DNA from: a virus
Taxonomy: Duplodnaviria > Caudoviricetes
Virus record (IMG/VR): IMGVR_UViG_3300045747_000505
Length of the DNA: 64,000 bases
Direction: 5' to 3' (one strand)
The notes under the pieces are model-generated. The model searched no databases. It was not told where the DNA came from and worked only from the letters and a program-made list of their open reading frames with translations. Positions 1 through 8,695 of this stretch are shown here, piece after piece (within the stretch, counting starts at the first letter, position 1; each line of letters opens with the position of its first letter). A program made the translations under genes and the position numbers.

Positions 1-2
1 GT

Positions 3-1337
3 TCGAAGGATGAAGACGAAGCCAAGAAGCACGTGAAGAACAGCAACCGCTACTCCAACCTCGGCACCGAGCGATCAGGTAAGTCCGACTACGTCCCACC
101 GAAGAGCGCGCTGACCAAGCTGGCTGGGGCCGTCATGGGTCACCCAACCGGCGCGCCGAAGTACAAGGTCGGTGACACCGTCTCCTATGAGATGTCGCCT
201 GGGCAGGAGAAGGGTCGTGGTACATCCAAGATCGTGAAGCTCGGCAAGGACTATCACTACGCGCTCGAGAACGGCGCGTACGTCAATCAGACGGAGATCA
301 AGAAGGTCGTCAAAGAAGGCATCATGGATCTGTTCAAGGGCAAGGAGAAGCCGAAGGACCGTATTCACTCGCGTGAGATCACCGATGACGAACGTGCAAT
401 GATTTCACGCTACTTCCCGAGCAACAATGCCAAGCTGCGCGATCTGTCTGACAAGACGAAGCCGCTGTTCCCAACGAACGTTCATGCTTCGCTTGGTGTA
501 GCAAAGATCAACTTCTACGTGAAGAATGACAAGCTTGTTGCGAGCGTAGCTTGGCACTCGAGCTCCAGCGATGCTGGCAATCCAAACAAGCGTCCGCTCA
601 CACACTTTGATGTTGACATCAACGGTGAAGAGGATCTGCGCAAGCTGAAGAAGGAAATTAACGGCAACGCCGATACGCACGGTCACTACGACGAATCGAT
701 TCAGCACGTTGGCGAGAGCGCAGACAAGAAGCTGTTCCGCATCAGCTGCACCGACGACAAGGGTGGCAATCGTTCGATGCTGCTGCACGCCGCCGACGAA
801 GCTGCTTGCAAGGCGCACTGCGAGAAGAAGGGCTACAAGCTCAAGAAGGTCAAGGACGTGACTGGTGAGGAGGCACCGCCGACTCGCAAGGTACGCGAAG
901 GTCTTGGTCGCATGGCTCGCAAGACAAGCCTGATTCCACGCATGCCTGGTGAGACTGACAAGCGCCCAGCTGCAGACCGTTCGCAGAAGCAGTCGGTCAA
1001 GCCGTCAGAGCTCAAGGCGAAGGCAGACAAGAAGCCGATGAAGGAAGAGCACCTCGACGAAGTCAGCAACGCTCTCGTCGCCAAGGCGAAGCTCGCTGGT
1101 CTCGACAAGTCGAAGGCTCTTCAAGCCAAGGTCGACAAGGAAGGCGAGGGCAAGTACGGCTCACAGCGCAAGCCAGCAGCATCGGCTGACAAGGCCGAGT
1201 TCGAGCGCCTGCACAAGTTCAATCTGGCTGCTGAGAAGCGTTTGAACAAGGGCAACAAGGGTCCGTCGGAAGAAGAGCAGCACAAGGACTACAATCGCAA
1301 GCGCGCCACTGGTGGCGTCGGTCTTCGCAAGGACTAA
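3..1337 (+). CDS. 5'-truncated Lys/Glu-rich modular protein, putative internal head/virion cargo polyprotein
   Basis: Frame open from window start; modules separated by (V/L)xE sites (VVKE, HVGE, KVRE, HLDE-VSNAL) resembling T4 prohead-protease sites. Confidence 0.55.
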   Translation, partial: SKDEDEAKKHVKNSNRYSNLGTERSGKSDYVPPKSALTKLAGAVMGHPTGAPKYKVGDTVSYEMSPGQEKGRGTSKIVKLGKDYHYALENGAYVNQTEIKKVVKEGIMDLFKGKEKPKDRIHSREITDDERAMISRYFPSNNAKLRDLSDKTKPLFPTNVHASLGVAKINFYVKNDKLVASVAWHSSSSDAGNPNKRPLTHFDVDINGEEDLRKLKKEINGNADTHGHYDESIQHVGESADKKLFRISCTDDKGGNRSMLLHAADEAACKAHCEKKGYKLKKVKDVTGEEAPPTRKVREGLGRMARKTSLIPRMPGETDKRPAADRSQKQSVKPSELKAKADKKPMKEEHLDEVSNALVAKAKLAGLDKSKALQAKVDKEGEGKYGSQRKPAASADKAEFERLHKFNLAAEKRLNKGNKGPSEEEQHKDYNRKRATGGVGLRKD

Positions 1338-2087
1338 ATGCTCACCTTCAAACAGTACCTGCGCGAGGCGCCCCGTAAGAAGAAGGTAGATGACGATTGG
1401 ATTCGTGACTACCCTTCTGGTTACGGGTCGGTCCGAGACATGCAGCAGTATCTGTCTTGGGACGCTCGCAAGTCTGAGCGAGAGCTGCAGCTGTTCGTGC
1501 CAAAGCGACGCGATCCTGAGAAGGAGAAGCGTCGTGCCTCTGAGCGTCGGTACTATCAAACGCGTCGAGAGCAAGAGGCTGAAGAAGCTAAGCTGAAGGA
1601 AGAAACGATTCCAGTGCTGACCTCCTTCAAGGAGCAGCCACCCGGCGACAACAAGCCAGGCAGCGCCTTCTGGACCAGCACAGCCATTCAGACCAAGCAC
1701 GGTTACACCTCTGACTGGTATCGCTATGTCAAGCGAACCTTTCCAGAGTGGCAGACCGACTACGGCTACCTGTTTGAGGTCAAGCCTGGCGCTCGCCTCT
1801 TTGACCTTGGACACCACGAGCAGTTTTATCAGTGGGCGATGCAGTACGACAGAATGTCGAAGCCTAAGTCTGAGTGGACGCAAGAGTACAGCGAAAACGA
1901 CATGCGCTATCGCTTTCCGTGGGACAAGCTTGCGCACTACTTCGATGGCGTTCACACCTTCGGACACGACACCCGCGGTCTTGCCTACGGTTGGGACGTT
2001 GAATCAATCGCCTGGTTTGACACAAGCGTGTTGACCTACAAGGGCGCGGTGCGCCTCGACGGCGTTCTATATGACGAGGATGACTAA
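1338..2087 (+). CDS. hypothetical protein with MLTFKQYLRE leader; possible ART-like domain
   Basis: N-terminal FKxYLxE leader; KPGSAFWTS...GWDVES motifs; translationally coupled to neighbours. Confidence 0.5.
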   Translation: MLTFKQYLREAPRKKKVDDDWIRDYPSGYGSVRDMQQYLSWDARKSERELQLFVPKRRDPEKEKRRASERRYYQTRREQEAEEAKLKEETIPVLTSFKEQPPGDNKPGSAFWTSTAIQTKHGYTSDWYRYVKRTFPEWQTDYGYLFEVKPGARLFDLGHHEQFYQWAMQYDRMSKPKSEWTQEYSENDMRYRFPWDKLAHYFDGVHTFGHDTRGLAYGWDVESIAWFDTSVLTYKGAVRLDGVLYDEDD

Positions 2088-2410
2088 TGGATCTCGAACT
2101 ACGCGCTCACAGCATTGTATCATCGATGCTCAAGACGAACAAGCTCCTTGAGCTTGAACCAAAGGAGTTCGATGACTCCCTCCTTGACCACGCTAAAGAG
2201 GTCGGGCACGAGTACATTCACACGGTCGACAAGAACTACTGGTTGATTCGGCACTACGACGCTCGAGGCATTGAGTTCGTTCAGGTGCAATCGCCAAACA
2301 AGAAGATCAAGTACTTCACACCAAAGCTTGAAGAGGCATTGACCTTCAAGGAATTCCTACTTGCCGAAGAGCGAGGTCTTGGGTGGTGGCTTCGCGCACA
2401 ACTAAAATAA
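2087..2410 (+). CDS. hypothetical protein
   Basis: TAATG coupling; internal LTFKEFLLAE motif. Confidence 0.6.
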   Translation: MDLELRAHSIVSSMLKTNKLLELEPKEFDDSLLDHAKEVGHEYIHTVDKNYWLIRHYDARGIEFVQVQSPNKKIKYFTPKLEEALTFKEFLLAEERGLGWWLRAQLK

Positions 2411-2422
2411 TAAGAGGCTCAC

Positions 2423-2779
2423 GTGGAAAACATCATTCGCAACCTGCTCATGGCTCAACGGTGCGCGCACGTGCACCATTGGAAGACCAAGTCCTTCGCC
2501 ATGCACCTTGCGCTTGGCGAGCTGTACGAGAAGCTGACAGACTTCGCCGACGATCTGGCTGAGATGTACATGGGCAAGTACGGTCAAGACCTGAACATCA
2601 GTCAGAGCGATCCGAATCACTTCAGCGAACAAGACCCGCTCGAGTTCATTAAGCAGCTCTTCACTGTGTTGGAGCAGCTTGAGGGTAGCGTTCCGAAGGA
2701 CGGGTTCCTCGTCAACAAGTATCAAGAGCTGCTCGCCGAAGTCTCTCGCATCAAATACAAGCTAGAGAATCTGAAGTGA
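2423..2779 (+). CDS. ferritin/Dps-like four-helix protein (DUF5856-like)
   Basis: HVHHW...HLALGELYE...D..AE.YMGKYG pattern typical of phage Dps-like proteins. Confidence 0.7.
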   Translation: MENIIRNLLMAQRCAHVHHWKTKSFAMHLALGELYEKLTDFADDLAEMYMGKYGQDLNISQSDPNHFSEQDPLEFIKQLFTVLEQLEGSVPKDGFLVNKYQELLAEVSRIKYKLENLK

Positions 2780-2825
2780 CCTCCAGGGATTCGTAAATAG
2801 TGGAAACACTATACGGATCCCTCAA

Positions 2826-3413
2826 ATGAAAACCGTCGCCTACATTCATGGTCTTGCTGGGTCTCATCGGTCCTTCAACTACATGCTACGGGACCTGCCG
2901 GCGCACAAGAAGATCTGCATCAACTATGCGAGTCATCAACCGCTCGAGAAGTCGCTAGAGCAGATCGTTCACCTTCTACCGAAGGTCGTTCCAATCTCCA
3001 TCGTCGGGCACTCGCTCGGCGGCATCATCGCCCTCCTCATCGCCTGTCAGGGCATCATCAACGTCGAGCGCGTTCTCACCATCTCCTCGCCGATCGCTGG
3101 CAGCAAGGCAGCAAGCCTACTGCGCTGGGTGCCTGGACATCCGGCCGTGATGAGCGACGTCATGCCGCACAGCTCACGCATTCGAGAGCTGTTGGGTTCA
3201 TCCCTTCAGATCCCAGTCACGAACATCATCTCTATCGGCGGACAGCTCGGTGGCAGTCTGGAGCCGAACGACAGCGTTGTCGCCATCTCAAGTCAGAAGG
3301 CGCTGCCGTATGGCACCAAGATCGAGGTCAAGGCGAATCACTTTGAGGTGCTCTCACATGAGCGCACCGTTCAGATCATTCGCGAGGCATTGTTTCAGGA
3401 GGTATTCGCATGA
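2826..3413 (+). CDS. alpha/beta hydrolase (lipase/esterase-like)
   Basis: YIHG oxyanion motif, GHSLGG nucleophile elbow, ISSP, NDSVV Asp, NHF His. Confidence 0.85.
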   Translation: MKTVAYIHGLAGSHRSFNYMLRDLPAHKKICINYASHQPLEKSLEQIVHLLPKVVPISIVGHSLGGIIALLIACQGIINVERVLTISSPIAGSKAASLLRWVPGHPAVMSDVMPHSSRIRELLGSSLQIPVTNIISIGGQLGGSLEPNDSVVAISSQKALPYGTKIEVKANHFEVLSHERTVQIIREALFQEVFA

Positions 3414-4198
3414 ACATTCTGTCGCATCGAGCACGTCTAAGGGCCGGCGAGCGAAAGGCTAGTGAGCGCGCTGCTGAAGCCATGAAGTGCAAGGACGATC
3501 CGCTGTACTTCATCGAGCACTTCATTCGTCTACCAGTTGGCGGGGTTCTGCGTCCAATCCCGCTCTATGAGCTGCAGAAGAATCTGATCAACGAGCTGGC
3601 TACGCACAATCAACTGATCACCAAGCATCCGCGCCGCGCTGGCGTCAGCACGATTGCCATGGCGTATCTGGTTTGGGAGGTGTTGTTTCGCTCAGATGAG
3701 CCGCGCATCGTGCTCGCACCAAACTCCACGATGGCTCGACAGGCGTACGAGACGTTCCGCAGTTTGCTTGGCAGCGTGCCGTTCTGGCTGTCGTCGCCAG
3801 TCGCCTCATCGGTGAACATGTCGCTGGTGCTGATGAACGGCTCAGTCGTCTACTTCGCAGCGGCGAACGCCAATCTGCACTACACGATGACGCCAGCGTC
3901 AATCTACTTCACTGACTTCGCCTACTTCGATTTGGCTGTCGCAAACATTACTTGGGTGCAGCACATCAACTCGATGAATAGAGGCTCACGCGTCTTCATG
4001 CACTCGACGCCAAACACCGCGCTGGACATGTTCGCTCAGCTCTGGTCAAAGACCATCTTTGGTGTGCCACCACTGCACGCGCACAGCATTGGCTATTGGG
4101 ACCTACCGTACGCTTCGCAAGCTAAGTGGGACGCGAACGTTCAGACCTCAGGTCTATACAACACAAAGCGCGAGCTCGGCGCTGAAATACCAGGATAA
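3410..4198 (+). CDS. terminase-ATPase-domain paralog 1, degenerate
   Basis: Colinear with the N-terminal half of 4888..6432 (KCKDDPLYF, LYELQ, STPN); Walker A PRRAGVST, Walker B IYFTDF; no nuclease domain. Confidence 0.8.
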   Translation: MNILSHRARLRAGERKASERAAEAMKCKDDPLYFIEHFIRLPVGGVLRPIPLYELQKNLINELATHNQLITKHPRRAGVSTIAMAYLVWEVLFRSDEPRIVLAPNSTMARQAYETFRSLLGSVPFWLSSPVASSVNMSLVLMNGSVVYFAAANANLHYTMTPASIYFTDFAYFDLAVANITWVQHINSMNRGSRVFMHSTPNTALDMFAQLWSKTIFGVPPLHAHSIGYWDLPYASQAKWDANVQTSGLYNTKRELGAEIPG

Positions 4199-4201
4199 GC
4201 T

Positions 4202-4891
4202 ATGGCACTGATTCTCTCAAAGCGCGCTAAGGACAAGTACGACGCAATGTCCGTTGAGGACTTGTCCTGCTTCGACCCAATCTACTTCATCGAGCATCAC
4301 CTTGAGCTGCCACATCGTCGACGGTTCGATTTGAACGATGAGCAGCTTCATCTGGTGACGCGACTTCACGATGATTTTCTGGTCGTCTGCAAGCAAGACC
4401 GAGGTGTTGGCGTCACTCTCGCCTCCATCGCCTACGCGCTGTGGTACGCTCAGTTCCACAGCAACGTCTTCTGTCTGTTCGTGCTGCCAACCTCTACGAT
4501 GGCAGCGATGGTTCGCGACCAGGCATTGGCTATGTTCGGCTCTCAGAGCGCGAACGTCGGCGCGAGCATGACCTACTACAACCGCGCCGAGGTTCGCTTC
4601 GACAATGGAAGTCGCATTCACTTCTCTCGCCTTCACGATAACGTTGGCACGGGCTACTTAACTAACCTAATCGTCCTTGGCGACGTGACGGTGTGCAACA
4701 GCGAAGAAGTAGTAGACGGACTGAAGTCGCTGCTGCCGGCAATACCAGCAGACGGGCGGCTATTGATTCACGGATATCCAACCACTCAAGATCACTTCTT
4801 CTTCGACTTGTGGCAGATGGGGAACATTCGCTCGTCGAGAATCAATGGACGGACGCTGCACCCAGTTGACTTGGGTGGGGACTTCGTGTGA
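4202..4891 (+). CDS. terminase-ATPase-domain paralog 2, degenerate
   Basis: DPIYFIEH, QDRGVGVT, LWYAQF, YYNR..FDNGSRI, IVLGDV; no nuclease domain. Confidence 0.78.
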   Translation: MALILSKRAKDKYDAMSVEDLSCFDPIYFIEHHLELPHRRRFDLNDEQLHLVTRLHDDFLVVCKQDRGVGVTLASIAYALWYAQFHSNVFCLFVLPTSTMAAMVRDQALAMFGSQSANVGASMTYYNRAEVRFDNGSRIHFSRLHDNVGTGYLTNLIVLGDVTVCNSEEVVDGLKSLLPAIPADGRLLIHGYPTTQDHFFFDLWQMGNIRSSRINGRTLHPVDLGGDFV

Positions 4892-6432
4892 AAAATCCTC
4901 AGATTAAGCGCGCTTACGCGACTGATGAATACACACCTCAAATGGTGATGGAATTACGCAAGTGCAGGACAGATCCTGTCTACTTCATGCGCAACTACGT
5001 GATGATTCAACACCCAACACGTGGAACAATCAAGTTCGATCTCTTTGACTACCAAGAACGGTTCGTTCGACACATGCACTCGAACCGGTTTGTTGTTACA
5101 CTACAACCACGTCAGTGCGGCAAGACGCTGACTGTTGCCATGTATCTTCTTTGGTACGCTTGCTTCATTGATGACGCAACAGTGTTGATTGCTTCTAAGA
5201 ACCAATCACACGCCCTTGAGATCGCTGCTCGTGTTCGCTTCGCCTACGAAGAGTTGCCGAACTGGTTGAAACCAGGTATGAAGTACTACAATCGGCACAA
5301 TCTTGAAATGGACAATGGGTCCCGTATTGTCTCTGAAGCGACGACTGAGAAGACTGGTCGTGGTCTGTCCATCTCCAAGCTGTACCTTGACGAGCTGGCG
5401 TTCATCAACCCACGCATTCAAGAAGAGCTGTGGGCGTCGCTGGCACCAACGCTCTCGACTGGTGGTTCAGCCATCATGTCATCGACACCAAACGGCGACA
5501 CTGAGTTGTTCGCTCAGATCTGGCGCCGTGCTATGTCTGGCTCAGAGGACAAGGCTGGCACCAACTTCGCACCGTTCGAGGTGCACTGGCGTGAGCACCC
5601 AGAGCGAAGCGACGAGTACTGGCAGACGATGGTCAACATGCTTGGCGAGCTCAAGACTCGGCAGGAAGTTGGCTGTGAGTTCCTCAGCTCTGAAGCTATG
5701 CTCATCAGCTCGATGGTGCTCAACAAGCTTGCCGCCAAGATGGTCGACCATCTTGACATGGGCTACAAGTTCTGGGTGCCGAAGGATTCGCTTGGCGGTG
5801 CCGGCAAGACGTACTTTCTGTCCGTTGACCCTGCTACAGGCAACGGCAACGACTTCAGCGTCGTCGAGGTCTTCGACTTTCCAGGGTTGAATCAGATTGC
5901 CGAGTGGCGCAGCAATGACATCAACGTCCCGCTGCTCTACGCCAAGATCAAGTGGATGCTGAACCTGCTCTGTGAGGCGAGGGGGCGCGGGCGCGCCGAG
6001 GTCGTCTGGACGTTCGAGCGCAACGGCATCGGTGAGGCGCTGGCCGCACTCTACTTCAACGATGAGAAGCAGCCAGAGCACGCCGAGCTGTACTGCGACG
6101 TCCCAGGCAAGCTCGGCGTCTACACCACCGGCAAGAGCAAGATTCTGTCCTGCCTTCAGATCAAGCGATTGATCGAGAAGACGAAGGGTGGCATGACGAT
6201 CAACTCTGAGATTCTGCTGTTCGAGCTGAAGAACTTCATCGCCAAGGGTGGAACCTACGAGGGCAAGAAGGGCGCGACGGATGACTGCGTCATGGCGACG
6301 GTTGGCATCACTCGCCTGCTCAAGCGCCTCGCCGACTACAACGATGCTGCGTTCAAGCAGGTCAACGAGTACGTGAACCCTGAGGACGAAGAGGGCGATT
6401 CAGGCGAAGCGATGCCGTTCATGCTGGTCTGA
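4888..6432 (+). CDS. terL: terminase large subunit (T4 gp17-like)
   Basis: Walker A QPRQCGKT, Walker B LYLDE, SSTPNG motif III, nuclease SVDPATG...DFS and DDCVMA. Confidence 0.96.
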   Translation: MKNPQIKRAYATDEYTPQMVMELRKCRTDPVYFMRNYVMIQHPTRGTIKFDLFDYQERFVRHMHSNRFVVTLQPRQCGKTLTVAMYLLWYACFIDDATVLIASKNQSHALEIAARVRFAYEELPNWLKPGMKYYNRHNLEMDNGSRIVSEATTEKTGRGLSISKLYLDELAFINPRIQEELWASLAPTLSTGGSAIMSSTPNGDTELFAQIWRRAMSGSEDKAGTNFAPFEVHWREHPERSDEYWQTMVNMLGELKTRQEVGCEFLSSEAMLISSMVLNKLAAKMVDHLDMGYKFWVPKDSLGGAGKTYFLSVDPATGNGNDFSVVEVFDFPGLNQIAEWRSNDINVPLLYAKIKWMLNLLCEARGRGRAEVVWTFERNGIGEALAALYFNDEKQPEHAELYCDVPGKLGVYTTGKSKILSCLQIKRLIEKTKGGMTINSEILLFELKNFIAKGGTYEGKKGATDDCVMATVGITRLLKRLADYNDAAFKQVNEYVNPEDEEGDSGEAMPFMLV

Positions 6433-6433
6433 G

Positions 6434-6440
6434 ATAAATA
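6434..6440 (+). promoter_or_regulatory. late-type promoter ATAAATA (similar sites at 2794, 7231, 13498, 21595, 24641, 31279, 45032)
   Basis: Recurrent AT-rich box in short intergenic gaps 20-60 nt before structural/lysis genes. Confidence 0.75.
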
Positions 6441-6462
6441 CTATCTTAGACTTAGGATTCGC

Positions 6463-7206
6463 ATGGCAGGTTTTCTACTCTCGCCTTTTCAAAGCTACGT
6501 TCCGTTGGGGTTCGATGGCTTTCTGCTGAACTTCAATGAGCTCAATGGCTCAGCTACGACGGTTGACAGCTCGCCAGCTGGGCACCCGGTAACGCTTACC
6601 ACCGCCAGAGTTTCATCGACCTCAACTCCACTGAAGTTTCCTGGAAGCTCGCTTTACTCCTCTGCGACGCAATCAGGGTACTATGAAGTTTCGGCTGGTG
6701 GCGTCACGCCGATTGGCACCAACGATTTTTGCGTTGAGGGTTGGATTCGCCCTATTGCGACGGCGGCTCAACAGTCCGCAATCATTCTTCGAGCTTACCC
6801 GAACCTCACAGCCGGCATCGGAGCATTCGACATTTCGATTCACATCGAAGTTCTGACTGCGCCGCTCCGGTATTTTCTGCGGTATGCAATAAAGAATGCC
6901 GATGGGACAACATACTTCACGGTTGATGACACAACTTTAATCTCATTGGGCGGGTCCACTTGGTATCACTGGGCTATTGCTCGCGAAGGCGGCACCGTGC
7001 GCTTCTTCAGGGACGGTGCGCTCGTTGGTTCTGGCGCTTGCACAACAAACTTCACCTCATCACCATCGTGGCGCAGTGCTTTGTCGGTAAGCGTGTCTGG
7101 CAATCCTCGAGCGTTCGTTGGCGCGCAAGAGAGCGTAAAGCTGACAATCGGCAACGCCGTGTACACCCAAGCATTCATTCCGCCAACCTCAGAGCTGAAC
7201 TGGTAA
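6463..7206 (+). CDS. LamG/concanavalin-A-like domain virion protein
   Basis: DFCVEGWI, TWYHWAIAREGGTVRFFRDG; late promoter upstream. Confidence 0.8.
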   Translation: MAGFLLSPFQSYVPLGFDGFLLNFNELNGSATTVDSSPAGHPVTLTTARVSSTSTPLKFPGSSLYSSATQSGYYEVSAGGVTPIGTNDFCVEGWIRPIATAAQQSAIILRAYPNLTAGIGAFDISIHIEVLTAPLRYFLRYAIKNADGTTYFTVDDTTLISLGGSTWYHWAIAREGGTVRFFRDGALVGSGACTTNFTSSPSWRSALSVSVSGNPRAFVGAQESVKLTIGNAVYTQAFIPPTSELNW

Positions 7207-7267
7207 TCCTCTCCCCTGGTAGGTCTGCCAATAAATAGACCTGACCACCTAACAGGGAGATTTATCC

Positions 7268-8686
7268 ATGCTTCAAGACGGCATCACACTACTCGCCGGC
7301 ACCGTAGCCGTTGACTTTCAGGTCCAGTACGGTACGACATTCCCAGCAACTGGTAACAGCCCTGGCGAGCTGTTCTACAAGACTGACGGCATCGACACCA
7401 AGCTCTGGGTCTACAGCGGCTCGGACTGGGTAGCTTGCGCAACCGGCAGCGGCGTCACGCCTACGGTTCTGACTGGCGGTTCTGGCATTACGCTGGTTGG
7501 CGACATCATCACGGTGACGCTCGACTATGGCACGACGCTGCCGCCAGTCAGCAATGCTGGCAACATGTTCTTCAAGACGAACGACACGTCTGGCAACAAG
7601 CTGTACTTCTACGATGGTGCGGCTTGGGTCGCCTCCGCAGTCATTCCGACGCTCAACTCGCTGCTGCCAACGCAGACCGGCAACTCTGGCAAGGCGCTCG
7701 TCACTGACGGCTCTAACGCTTCATGGACTGACGTCACGGTCAACTTCGATTCGCTGACGGTCAAGGCAGCCGTTCGTGTCGCAACCACTGGCAACATTTC
7801 CCTGTCTGGCACGCAGACCATCGACGGCGTTGCTGTCATCGCTGGTGACCGTGTCCTCGCCAAGAATCAAACCACCGGCACGCAGAACGGTATCTTCACC
7901 GTCAATGCAGGTACGTGGACTCGCACATCTGACTTTGACAACTCACCGGCTGGTGAGGTTCTTGGTGGCGCGTTCTGCTTCGTTCAAGAAGGTACGGTCA
8001 ACGCTGACACTGGTTGGGTCCTCACCAACAACGGCACGATTACCTTCGGCACCACTGCTCTGACCTTCGCTCAGTTCACTGGTTCATCAGCGCCTGCCGC
8101 TGCTGGCTCTCTGACTGGCACGACTCTGGCATCAAACGTGACCGCGTCATCGCTGACCTCCGTCGGCACCGTCACGTCTGGCACTTGGTCTGGCTCGTTT
8201 GGCGCCGTGTCTGGTGCGAACCTGACGTCGCTGACCGCTGCCAATCTGTCCGGTACAACTCTTCCGGCTGGTATCGTCTCATCATCGTTGACCTCTGTCG
8301 GTACGCTCGCATCGCTCGCCGTTACAGGCGCTGTCACAGCTGGCGGCATTGAACTTGGCTATCGTAACATCCCGCGTGTGACCTCGGCTGCTACAACGCT
8401 TGACTCAACTGGCAAGGGTAAGCGTCTGGCGATCACTACCGGCTTCACCATCCCAGCCACGACCTACTCTGACTCTGTTGCCATCGCAGTTGGAGATGCC
8501 ATCAGCGTCTACAACGACTCAGCAACCAACGCGACGCTGACGCTTGGCACTGGTCTCACGGCGTATCGTGACGGCAACGGCACGGTGGTCAGCTCTGGCG
8601 GCACCGTGACACTCGCAGCCCGTGGCTCTTGCGTCATCTGGTACAACACAGTCACGCAGGTCGTCATCAGTGGCGCCGTGACCTAA
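7268..8686 (+). CDS. tail fibre-like structural protein
   Basis: T/G/S/A-rich; LSGTQTIDGV..GDRVL.KNQ..QNGI module; repeated SSLTSVGT; late promoter upstream. Confidence 0.8.
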   Translation: MLQDGITLLAGTVAVDFQVQYGTTFPATGNSPGELFYKTDGIDTKLWVYSGSDWVACATGSGVTPTVLTGGSGITLVGDIITVTLDYGTTLPPVSNAGNMFFKTNDTSGNKLYFYDGAAWVASAVIPTLNSLLPTQTGNSGKALVTDGSNASWTDVTVNFDSLTVKAAVRVATTGNISLSGTQTIDGVAVIAGDRVLAKNQTTGTQNGIFTVNAGTWTRTSDFDNSPAGEVLGGAFCFVQEGTVNADTGWVLTNNGTITFGTTALTFAQFTGSSAPAAAGSLTGTTLASNVTASSLTSVGTVTSGTWSGSFGAVSGANLTSLTAANLSGTTLPAGIVSSSLTSVGTLASLAVTGAVTAGGIELGYRNIPRVTSAATTLDSTGKGKRLAITTGFTIPATTYSDSVAIAVGDAISVYNDSATNATLTLGTGLTAYRDGNGTVVSSGGTVTLAARGSCVIWYNTVTQVVISGAVT

Positions 8687-8695
8687 GGAGTCGAC

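Noticed and set aside
3410-4891. Terminase paralogs as simple pseudogenes or a frameshifted terL
   Set aside because: Each is a full open frame covering the same domain (not consecutive parts), with its own start and tight coupling to neighbours
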